This document shows positions 1 to 11,300 of a DNA stretch of 64,000 bases, piece after piece. The translations under genes and the position numbers were made by a program. The notes under the pieces were generated by a model that worked only from the letters and a program-made list of their open reading frames with translations, ran no database searches and was not told the origin of the DNA. This DNA comes from Phoronis australis (taxonomy: Eukaryota > Animalia > Phoronida). How positions within the stretch are numbered: position 1 is the first letter of the stretch; every line of letters begins with the position of its first letter. The stretch spans positions 600,343 through 664,342 of the forward strand of contig NMRA01000117.1 in assembly GCA_002633005.1 (NCBI GenBank), written 5' to 3'.

Positions 1-416
1 TTACTCTTCCAAAGCAAGAGCATCGTGTTTTATCATTTTATCAAGAACTGAAATTGGTTGCAAAACGCCTGAAATTGCTTTGACGACCATACTACACCGG
101 CGGCTGTAACAACCAGTCATGTCAAGCAAACTCAATGATCCTGATCTGAAACAGCACTTCTTTAGCTATAAATTATCTCTAATAGGAATAATAACAAGAT
201 GTGATCGATTTTATAGGAGTAAATGGCCTAGATGATTTTTTTCGCAAAAGTTGCGGAGCTCATTGTCCTTAATAGTGGTTAGTAGACCAGTAACGTTTGC
301 CAACACCCCCCCCCGCGTGCCAAAATTCTGGTTAAGGTAACTTCTTGAGCCAACCGGATAAGAATTCAAATTTCGTAAAACGTATCTAGTTCTATAGCAT
401 TTTAATATGCACGCAC

Positions 417-1000
417 TTTTTCTTTCCAGTAACACTGTTAATGTATTCGCCTCTGTAGAAACCTTCTATACCACGGAGAGTGCCAGTAAAATTCATCTCC
501 AGGATAACAGTCCTGGCTATAGCTATTGGTTGAAACAGTTCCACGACCCAGAACTGGTTGGGCGCGTATTCAAACGCTCGCTTTATTCCAACGTCCACTT
601 CTGTGTAGGCATGATAAAGTTTCGTCGATGTAATGTTCATCAATTTCACATGGACAAGCAAGAACGAGGTAATGTTTTTTACTTCAACTGTGATCCGGAC
701 GTTACCAGAAAACCGTAAATGATCGTTGTAAATATCAGGAAAAAGATAAAGATCATAATGGACTGGAACCACAGAGTCGGGCAGTCGTACATTCAGCCAA
801 GGTCTTTCCTCCGAGCTCTCTTCTTTCAGTTCAGCGGACGAACCATGAAAGTTTTGAACGACACATCGGCCACCGTACAAACCCACTAATACGCCAACAA
901 GAACAATGGTCGCTATTACTAATATGGCCGCTACGATGTACTTAGTCTTCCTACTTGGCGCGATCCGTGTAGAACTTAGGCCCAAGTCAGGATGTTCCAT
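417..1000 (-). CDS. M1-family zinc aminopeptidase (glutamyl aminopeptidase / aminopeptidase N-like), first coding exon; gene continues beyond the window start
   Basis: ATG at 1000, short cytoplasmic tail, type II TM anchor (YIVAAILVIATIVLVGVLVGLYG), then the typical M1 N-terminal motif PWLNVRLPDSVVPVHYDLYLFP...FSGNVRI...GFYRGEY. Donor gtgcgt at 416. The catalytic HExxH exon is not in the window. Confidence 0.88.
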
Positions 1001-1674
1001 TGTCGAATGGTCTCGTAAAGACGGTCAAGCTAATCCGTTTCATTTTATACAGACGTTTTGCTCCGACGAATACGTCGTGCCGTTAGTGTAGTCGAGTCAC
1101 CTTGAACTAATGGCTTCAGACGACCACATTTATATAATGTATGCTATAATTAATGTCTATCCAAAGATGTACCAGCCTTCAGACCTCTTCTGACTAGTGA
1201 ATCTAGGACATAGTCCGTACAAGACCTAAAACTGTCATGCCGACGGCGTTTTTTGGTCATATCTGTGGATGGTTGCGAATCATCTCAAGCTTCCAAATGA
1301 ACGATAGTCCATTGTTCTCACATGGGAACCTTTTTTAAAATGCATAGAAGCACGTGTAAAGCACGTGTAAAGAGATTGGAATTTAGGCCTAGGTGCCTTG
1401 AAACACGCAGATAATGGGCAACCACTCTGTTATTGTTCATAATCCTGTTCTTGTAAGACACTATTTTAAAACATGTTGTAAGTTCTCAACTCCATGAAAT
1501 TAACTTTCAGTACCCACACTGAAATATCACAACATGATAAAAAAGTCCAGCTCATTAGTTAAAAAACTTTATTACCTTAGGAGAAACACTAGCAACAGAG
1601 TTACATATAAAAATATCATGAATAACAGTCTGTCATATAAGTAGGTCTCAGCAACACCATTGCAGAGTGAACAG

Positions 1675-4600
1675 CTACTTTCTTTTCTTTCTTCGTTTTT
1701 CTTCTTTTAATTCCTTCTTACTTGGGCCTGAGTTACTAGACACTTTGTTGTAGAGATAATAGACACAGTACAAGACAAACGCAGGCAATGCTAAAAACTG
1801 TGCTAATTTTAAAAGATATCCCTCCACAGTTTTTTTCTTTAAACTCATTAGTTCAGTCTCAAACAGAAGGGTGGCACCACCTGCAACAAAACAGCATGAG
1901 TTCACCATTTGCCACAACAATTAATTATTTTCCCACGCTGCCCCCCAACACATTCATACTGACGTGTACATTTTAACTCAGTAAACGTGTTTATTTTGTG
2001 AAAGTAGAGGGCCTGTAGAACTTACGACTACGTGATTCCAGTAAAAATTACCAAAACAGTAAATGGATAGCAAAACAACAATTTTGTTTTACATAAATGT
2101 TCAGAAATCTAAATTATCATGTTGTTTTCGTTTGACACACTTTTGGATTATTTTTCATAAACACCATAAAAGTCCTATTATTGATAGCCCTCTTCAAAGT
2201 AGAATATTTTAAAAACAATTCCCAACAACATAACGAACAACAGCGCATAAACCATAGTATCTGACTTTTATATGAATCTTATCAGCCATTTCTGAAACAC
2301 GATGTTCCAAAGTTAGCAGCCAAATTTGCACGTTTTTCTAGTGTCCAACATAACCTTAAAGTGATACAGGATGTGCACAACTAACACAACAATTATCTTG
2401 GGACATTAAACAAATAATAAGTTTTGTTTACATTCGGCTGTTATCTATTTTTTTAACTAGTTTTAGTCATGAGATAATGCCACAAGTTTTAACAATTGTC
2501 GAAACACTTTTAGTTATCCATGATTGTACTAACTATTGTGGCTTGAAGCCCATGTATGACACAACTATCACTCTCAAAATTTCCAAATTATTACTTTTTA
2601 AAGCCCATACTTGGCCTAATGGCCAACACCAATTAAAACAAGCGGGATTTCTTCAAAAAAGCCCACACCATTGTGAACGCTAGTCTCACAAAAATTTTGA
2701 ATTCCAAAATGTATGCATCTTGCCCTATTGGGATGGGAAAATATGAACTCTATGAAGTGAAATAGTCCTTTTGGCTAATGAGCATTCTACTATCATGGTA
2801 CCAATGTGCAAAAATGGTGAAGGCTTTCGTTTAAGCAAATCAGCCCTCCCGGTTAATGCCAACCCCTGGCTTCTCAAAAGGACCAGTGCAGTAGAACTCA
2901 TAGCCAGACATTTGTTGCTCGTGAAACTATCTCTTGAAGTTCTGATCACCAAAGGTGCACTTGCTATTATTTTAATTGCATTTATAATTTTAAGTATAGC
3001 CTACCAGGTATCTGTGGTGGATGGCCCTGTTTACCATAAGCAAGATGGGGCGGAATTTTCAGTTTACGCTTCTCCCTGCAAGACAATTGACAACCTTCAA
3101 CTTACTTCAGGTGAGTCATCAATATTCTTCATCACATGCTGCGACTTTCACTCACCTTATATTGAATGCAACATGAAGTCGCTATCATAGGGTAACCACT
3201 CACCTTATACTGAAGGCAACATGAAGTTGCTATCATAGAGTAAGCACTCGCCCCAAATTTCTGTCCCACATTCCTCTCGCATATGAATTGCACTCACTGA
3301 GCAGAATGTAACCACGCAATCTATAACTGCTAGCTAAACAGCAATGACTAAGTAACATTTTTAATATTAAACCACACCCTCTTCAGCATCGTGATGAGTA
3401 TTCTTTAACAGTAAACAGATTACAAAAAGACATAAGAGGCCTTTTGATGCAACTTGTAACATTGTTCTCCTCTTGAAGTTAAAGAGTTAAGCCCCAGGTT
3501 CTACCTTTCACACTTACAAAAAGGCACACCATGTGGTGAAACAAACCCATAAGACATGGGTGCAACTATATGTATACCAGTCAATCAACAGGTACGTTTT
3601 GGCCCCACAATATATATATACAGGCACACGTACACACACACACATAGGGTGTCCAAAAATGTTGACCACCAGGGGAATAATGGTGTTTTTTTGATTCCAG
3701 AAATCTCAAAGTTGCATATTTGTTATGCACAGAAAAATGATGCTGCAGCAGACTCTTTCAACTAAAGAGAAACTATGCATGAATTTTTCAGTCTCCTCAG
3801 AGCTTTCTCATTAGAAGCCATGACATGGTCCAGAGAACGAGCTCTGGACCTCATTCAACTAAGGCATTACATGCTGCTCGAATGTCACATGGTCCAGAGA
3901 ATGAGCTCTGGACCTCGTTCAACTAAGGCATTACATGCTGCTTGGATGGCACATATTGCTACTCACGATCTGACCAATCAAGCGACTGAAACCATAAGAC
4001 CTCGACAGTGACAAAAAATTGGAGGAAAGACAAGGAAGTGGTTGTGTAACAAAGCAAATACAGACTGATCCCTTGGGAATATAGAGTCATGTGAGCTTTG
4101 AGCAACATTGTTCTCCCTTAGTCCTTATATGATATCACAATCAGGATCCGTCCTTCAAATAAAAGACAATGACAACTTTCGACACCATATTGCACATACA
4201 TATAGCAGAAGTGACACAGTTGTCTTTAAATAGACGTCAACTCAACAAAAATTTCTTACCACCTACCCTACACACATTCCTTTAATACCTTGTTCCCAGC
4301 CTGAAAATAGAAATATAAAGTATGTACATTATACATTATATATACCCTGTTCCCAGCCTGAAAATAGAAATATAAAGTATGTACATTATACATTATATAT
4401 ACCCTGTTCCCAGCCTGAAAATAGAAATATAAAGTATGTACATTATACATTATATATACCCTGTTCCCAGCCTGAAAATAGTGATATAAAGTATGTACAT
4501 TATACATTATATATACCCTGTTCCCAGCCTGAAAATAGTGATATAAAGTATGTACATTATACATTATATGTACCCTGTTCCCAGCCTGAAAATAGAAATA

Positions 4601-7600
4601 TACATTCATATCAACAATAATGAAAACAGCAAATGTTTAACAACTCTTTAATTTGTTCAAAAATGTCATGCCAGAGCCAGAGCATAGGACGAAGTACAAA
4701 TTAGTAACTTATGGCATCAATGAGACCAAACAATGTTACTGACAGCCACTTTCCCTACATACCAAGAATCACACGGCCTTGGCCTAGTTCAAACTCTAGA
4801 GGCTCCCGGCCCTGAGTTCTTGATGAGTCAAATAGCTTGCCATCTTCAAAGGTTCCCTGAAATGGTGTATTAGATTTACAAAACCATATGCAAGACAATT
4901 CAAGCTACTTGGAACAGTAGTATCAAGCACCATTCCAAGAAGTTGTGAGCATTACCTTAATGGTGTCTAACATTCTTAAAAGCTACCTGAACCTACAGGT
5001 GATAAGATCATGATACATATAAACAGGGCTCCTGATTGCCTGGGGCAATTAATTTCCAAGATGGGAAAGTATGACCTAGGAAACAGCTGCCTGACCTGGC
5101 AAGTGAAAATAATCATGTAAAAATTTTAAAATCCTTCGTCCTTTAATTATGATTTGCTCTAAGTCAATGTCTCTCACTCAATCTCACCCCTAAAAATAGA
5201 TAATTTGTATTGGCTAACTGAAGCAGGCCCATGTCAGGGAAACTCATAGCACTAAATATACAAAAATAATATTCAGTTATGAAATATATCTAGCAAATAA
5301 AGTTGTTTCTGAAAACAAATTTAACAAGTTCTATACATATTTTCGCAACTGAATATCTGGATTGTGAATCATGTATCTCAGGCACCTGTGGAGTGAATAG
5401 ACTATGAAATATCGACTATGATGTTGCACGATGGCAAAACAGCAAAAAGTACCCACTCGACCAAGGGGCTTCCCCACTAACAGGTGCCGCAGCACACAGT
5501 AACAAGTCATGTGGTACTTTGCCGAACACTAGGCTGTGATTCCGGGGGTGTAATTTGGCCACTCTTTGATCAAATAATAATGACAAATATGATAACAAAA
5601 TGGCAAAAGTTTCAGACTTTACTTTTGCTAAATGATCTTATAGTGCGATCATTGTAACAGTTTGTGGATATCAGAAATTATCATTATTCTATCTAAATTA
5701 GAATATGTCTAATCAGTACGAGAAGAGTCACCTAGGTCGAGTGAAAATCTTTTGTCAAAACATACATGACTTTCTTGTTTAATAAAAAATGATCTTTAAA
5801 AAGTCGAGTGACTATGAGAAATCAAAAAACGCTTATACAGCAAAGGAAATCAGGCTATCTATGAGACGTAAAAATGGAGGGATTCATTGTTTGTAAACAC
5901 TGCCCACTTTTCAAATCACACAGTTGCTTTGCAAAGATACCCTGGTGGCACACAATCGATAACAAACAGTTTTGCCTAGGTTATTGATTTTTGTTTAATA
6001 ATGAATTTCCTTGTTACTGAACTTTTCATTAAAGTTGTTTTAAAGTGACAGACATTTTATCTTAATGCAGCACAGTTTCATTCCTTTTGCTTTATAATTT
6101 AACATCAATAAAATTTCAAATTCCAGATTATGTGAATTTAGTGTTCGGAAAAGAAATTTTGAGTGGACTTGCCCTCATTTGCAAGTGGAAAAAAAAATTG
6201 TTTTGAGCCCTGATACATAAACCTGAAACTCTAAATAAGACCTGTAGAAATATTCCATACTCATAGTGTAATGTACAGACACTACATTTCCCGAGTCTGT
6301 TCGGACAAGAAAATTTTGAGTGGACTAATTTTTTCCACACTTGCAAGTGGAAGAAAAAATTAGTTTTGAGCCCTGATACATAAATCTGAAATTCTAAATA
6401 AGACCTGTAGAGATGTTGCATACTCACAGTGTAATGTACAGACACCACATCTCCAGAGTCTGCTGTCTCATAACAATCATCTGGCTTAACCTGAGAATAA
6501 AAAAAAACAATGACTGAAACAAAATGACATTAGAAAAGGCATGCCTTATTGAATCAATACACCGGCATGCAGTGCAAGTACTCAATGACACTTGGCTGTC
6601 TTGTCAAACTCCAGGGGTATGTGAATAGGCACTGATGTCCTGGCAATCCTTTCCATTGCATCCAGCAGTAATTTAAGGAGCTTTTATTAGTACATCTAAA
6701 AAGTTTCAAATTTCTCCAATTGATCGTTTGAATATGGCGTGCAGTGAAGTTAGTGATGAATGGTCAAAGTGGAGGAAAGAAATTTTAACCTTCAATGCAT
6801 ATGCCTGCATGGTTTTACTTGGCTATTGAAAAACAGTTTCAGCTTCTTAAATTCCTTAACAAAAGATGAAGGTCTGAGAGTGATGATATTGTACAGTACA
6901 GTGACGGATCTAGGATACCATAAGGGGGGGCCCAACATGTTGTCTCGGGGAATCGGGCAAAGCACGATTGTATGTGCAGCGCAGGCCCAAAGTTGCGGGA
7001 GCCGGGTATGTGGACATTCTGTTTGGAAAATCTACCGATGGAATAAAAAACGGCAACGCCGCGATCTGGGGCACCCCCTTCTCTGCGTCCTAGTTGCTTA
7101 CTCAATATTTCCTCACGCTTCACGCTGTTGCTGTTCCATTTTTGTTTACCCCCTAAATCCGCCTATGCATTAAAAAAACTAATTATGTATGCATTTTTAT
7201 CAAAAAAGTGTACACTCAGGATTTAATGAAGTTTGACATAAATATCATTAGCATCAGTCACGTTATAGCCACTTAGCAGCACAAAATTTGACAACCGGCA
7301 AAAGTCACAAAAACTGCTGGTGTGTTAACAATGAGTGAGTAGGCCTAATACATTAATATATTTTTTTTAATGGCTGCCGTATTTGTAGTGGATGTCTACA
7401 GAAAAAGGAAGGGCTAAATACTTCACTAATATTTGTTAAGTTTCATTTTTCATCAATCTGCGTGTTAATATAGATATGAACCTCTGAATATTTCCAAAAA
7501 TGGCAAAATTTAACACCAGCTGAATTTCCACCATGTTGCTTTGGCTTTGCCCTTGCTATTTACCAGGTAGATCCGAAGGGAAGGCCAGGTCCTTTCTAAA

Positions 7601-8024
7601 GCAGTAAAGCCTAAAGCCCTAAAGCCAAAGGTCTAAATGTGGTCTACCGGTTCCAATGTTTCATAGTTACGCAGAGTGTAGTGAGCTTGGAAGTCGTCGT
7701 AGGACTTTGCCGGAAAGCAATACTGTCTCACTTCTCAATGTGGTAGTAGCAGTAGTAGCATAGTACGTCTAGTGTAGTGAGTAGAAGTAAGCTTACGACC
7801 ACCGACACTGTGCCAGGCCGAGAACAAGGTGCGTGCGAAGTGCCAGGCCGGTCACACGTCCTTGCTCTCGCGGTACGGGGATTGGCACTTCGCCTAAGGG
7901 GTAACGATTCATTGTGCAAGTCTAAAACGAAACTGTATTTACTCACAACAACATCGACTTCCAGCTCTTTCTTTTTTGCACTCAAAGCAAATGAAACAAA
8001 ACAGAGAAGTACGATAGCCCTCAT
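1675..8024 (-). CDS. FKBP11: ER membrane FKBP-type peptidyl-prolyl isomerase FKBP11 (181 aa, 6 exons)
   Basis: Exons 7947-8024, 6428-6490, 4763-4856, 4267-4300, 3005-3075, 1675-1880, all GT-AG and phase-consistent (546 nt). Signal peptide MRAIVLLCFVSFALSA; FKBP domain (GDVVSVHYTGTFEDGKLFDSS...[26 protein letters not shown]); C-terminal TM helix and KKRK dilysine tail. AATAAA on the minus strand at 1568-1573. Confidence 0.93.
3149..3248. repeat. Two-copy tandem duplication, ~48-bp unit
   Basis: cactcaccttata.tgaa.gcaacatgaagt.gctatcatag.gtaa at 3149 and 3197. Confidence 0.8.
3823..3940. repeat. Two-copy tandem duplication, ~65-bp unit
   Basis: acatggtccagagaa.gagctctggacctc.ttcaactaaggcattacatgctgct occurs twice. 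Confidence 0.8.
4291..4602. repeat. 57-bp minisatellite (~5.5 copies) overlapping the FKBP11 exon-4 acceptor
   Basis: tgttcccagcctgaaaatag starts at 4291, 4348, 4405, 4462, 4519 and 4576. Confidence 0.95.
6143..6462. repeat. Diverged two-copy tandem duplication (~160 bp) including the 3' half and donor of FKBP11 exon 2
   Basis: gttcgg...ttttgagtggact...ttttgagccctgatacataaa...agtgtaatgtacagacac at ~6143 and ~6299. Confidence 0.85.
6899..7167. mobile_element. Putative non-autonomous TIR element (hAT-like MITE)
   Basis: Begins cagtgacggatctagg and ends aaatccgcctatg (imperfect TIR). GC-richer than its flanks. Similar termini occur near 12675-12690 and 31007-31175. Confidence 0.5.
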
Positions 8025-8382
8025 GTCGGCCAAGCATCGACCATCCGGATGTTAAAAAAGCCCACCACAGATGGCAGCAGCGTACAACAAACACGAACAC
8101 CAAAGTTCAGTAACGGGACCTCCCTAAAAATGCGATATTACGTGAGATAATGTAGTGTATTTTAAATGAAAACACGTGATTTTGGCTAGATTTTGGGGAG
8201 GTTTTAGCCTTACTGAACTCTGCCCAGCTTCGTCTCCAAGCCTCAATCTAGCGCTAGTCTCCTCCACAGATCCTCTGTATTGGAACGTACAACGTACAAA
8301 AAGTCATGTGACATGCTGCAAAGTTCAAGGTCATTGATGTTTGAGTCTGGTGCCGACTGACGACGGCTATAATTCTACCAAT
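8025..8382. promoter_or_regulatory. Bidirectional promoter region between FKBP11 and the MAO-like gene
   Basis: Start codons diverge 358 bp apart. CACGTG at 8173, palindrome GTCATGTGAC at 8303, TACGTG at 8139. Confidence 0.6.
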
Positions 8383-11300
8383 ATGACTACGAATACAGTG
8401 GAAGACGATCATAACACAGACGTAGTAGTTGTTGGGGCTGGTATCTCAGGGTTGTGTGCTGCATATCAACTGCTTTCAAAAGATCCTAGCATCAGCGTTG
8501 TTGTACTTGAAGCCAAGGGTACATTTCTTCTTCACATTGTTCGACTTGGGCACTGCCAGTGTTGTTGCAGCCCAAACTGTACTGTAGACAGTGACCACCG
8601 TTTCAAGCTAGCCAGTAGAGACGGTGCATACGCCAGAAGCTTTTTGGTGAATTATGTATCGCACTGATTAAAAGATCAAAGTCATGTTATTATTATTATT
8701 AAGTACCTTTTGCGTGAAGAGGGACACCTTAGGAGGCCGTCAATGTCTTTAATTCCTTCTTACTCAAACAAATACTCTCGTTATCAAACTTTTTCTTCCT
8801 GCAGTCCTTCGTTCAGTTCTCAAAATTGGAAACTGGCCATTTCTACACAGCGCACGCCAGGGAATATGACGTCATACCACCTGCTGCATGCAGTGTTAAA
8901 AATGGCCAGTTTCCAATTTTGGGAACTGAATGAAGGACTGGTCGAAGAAAAAGTTTGATGACAAGAGTTTTTGTTGAAGTTGTGTTGTGAAGCATGACTT
9001 CCAGTTGTGACGACGCATTCAGTCAGATAAAGCCTCTAAGTCGCTTGCCAAGCGGCAATTGCCCGTTGGCCAAATGGTTTATGCTTGACTGTCGCTCATG
9101 CAACTGGGGTTCAAGTCTCAGCGGAGACACTGAAATTTTCTACAGTTGGAAGGAACTAAAGATATTGACAGTCTCTTTATCCTCTATGCGCAAAAGGTAC
9201 TTAACGGGGTATAACAATGTAATTGATTTTTTAATCATTGTAGCCATAATTCATCGAAAACTTCCGGCGTATGAAGCGCCTGTAGAAGCTTCACCATCTG
9301 TATCAACTAGAGATGGTGGTCACTGTCTACCCAAACTGATGTCTGCATCAAACTGACTTGGTGCACTTCACTTTGGCATGGGTTGGTAAGCCAAACTGAT
9401 GCCTGCGCCAAACAGAAGCCACCATATATTCCCAAATTGCTGCCACCGGTTTATGGATTTTTTAACAGTTATTAGAACAGAAATTGACAGTGAGTACTCA
9501 TGTATGTGCAAGTCACAAGGAGTAATCACATTGGAGAAGTGTCCTGAGAAACTATTATTCTGCACTCGTAATTTTCGTCAATTTCGGTTCTGATAACCAT
9601 TAAAAAATATAAACCACTGGCAGTAATTGGGGAACTTACGGTAGCTTCATTTTGGCTCAGGGATCAGTTTGAGTTGCAACAAGGTCACCGTCTTTACTTT
9701 GCTTTAGAGCCGGTGATGCTCCCATGCCTTCATCTTGAAGCTTTTCGACAAAGTATGCCTCACACTGATTAAACCCTCAAAGTCACATTGTTATAAGTAC
9801 CTTTTGCACATAAAGAGACACCTTAGGAGGCTGTTGATGTCTTTAATTCCTTCCAATTCGAACAAATACTCTCGCAATCGAACTTTTTTCAAGCATTCCT
9901 TCGTTCAGTTGTCCAAAAAGGCAACTGGCCATTTTTAAACTGCTCGCGCCAGGGGTATGACATCATGTGCTGTCAGCATGGTGTTTTGTTGCATTGCAGC
10001 AGACCTTTGGGGCATTCTTGATGAAGATGTCCTACTTTGTCATTTTTGAATATTAGCACTTGTGTGTGTAATCATTATGGCAATAGGTGGCGCTCACTGA
10101 GTAGACTCATTCTGTTACTACTTCAGAGATGTGCCCTGGTTGGTTCAGTTTATATTGTTGACCACAAATGGAACATGAGTATAACTGAGTGTAGTTGGTC
10201 CACCGTCTGTGTCCTTCAAGGATTTTGAAAATAATAATGGTTTGGGTATACAAGCAATTGTCAAAATTATTTAATAAATTTGATCCTTGGTAATAAATGC
10301 AACCAATTATCTGAGCGCCATCTTAACAGGCATCTGAACTTTACGTTTTTCATATTTACGTCAACAGATTTACGCCTACTCATGCTGTTGGTCGTGGGGT
10401 GGGGTGGCATTCTACATGTAATGCATGAAAATTTGTTTTTACAGCCAGAGTTGGTGGCCGAACACTTTCACAAAACCTGAAGGCAGCTAATGGATCCAGA
10501 GATGCATGGGATTTGGGCGCACAGTGGGTTGGAACGTAAGAACACAGTTCATTCTTGGCCGTGCCAAAACCGTACAGATCACCTATAATAGTTTGAATCC
10601 ATGCATGATTTGTTGGGTCAAAATACCAAACTTGGCTCAACTCGAACCATTTGGTTTGTTTTCATAGCACAGTGTGTGGTTATGCTTATGAAGTCACAGA
10701 ATCGGCACCTTAGAATAATATTTACTGCATCCCAGTTTTGGGTTTACTCTCATAAAATGAATATAGTGTTGAAAACATTATTAACCACTAACATAATATA
10801 TTTTATTTAAAAACTCATTGTGCGGGAGGCAACAACAACTTGTTGTTTACCCTTTAGTTTATTCCATATTGATGACATCTTTTGGCCAGTTTCGTTGTTT
10901 AACATTTGTAAGTAACTTCAATGCGTACAGCAGTGTATATCATTCAAATTAGAAGCAGTAACTGAGTGCTGGAAAGCTAAGAGCCTAGTCATATGTTAAG
11001 TTTTAAAAGCATGCTTTCAGTAACGTTAAGGCTAAGCTTGTAGCGCAGCTACCATCAAACAACGTTTTGGAATTTTATGGGGATTCGCAACAGTGTTAGA
11101 AGTGTTTAAAAAATTAAAAAGAGCAAATTCCACAAGTACGGAATTGGTGAGATTTTTGCGTAAGTGTACCCATTGTATGGGATTTTACCATGTACAGCTG
11201 TATTTATTGATTATTACTTTTACTTGATTTCTAGTTGTCAGCCTCACATCATTCAACTCTTAGGGGAGCTTGGTCTTGAAACATACAAGCAATATGTCAC

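Noticed and set aside
2771-3190. 139-aa plus-strand ORF with a hydrophobic stretch
   Set aside because: Antisense to FKBP11 exon 5, non-ATG start, no recognisable motifs.
4268-4609. 113-aa repetitive ORF (YFQAGNRVYIMYNVHTL)n
   Set aside because: By-product of a 57-bp minisatellite in an FKBP11 intron; it is not in the FKBP11 reading frame.
9061-9130. Functional tRNA gene
   Set aside because: A/B-box-like motifs are present, but I cannot fold a proper acceptor and anticodon stem; treated as tRNA-derived repeat only.
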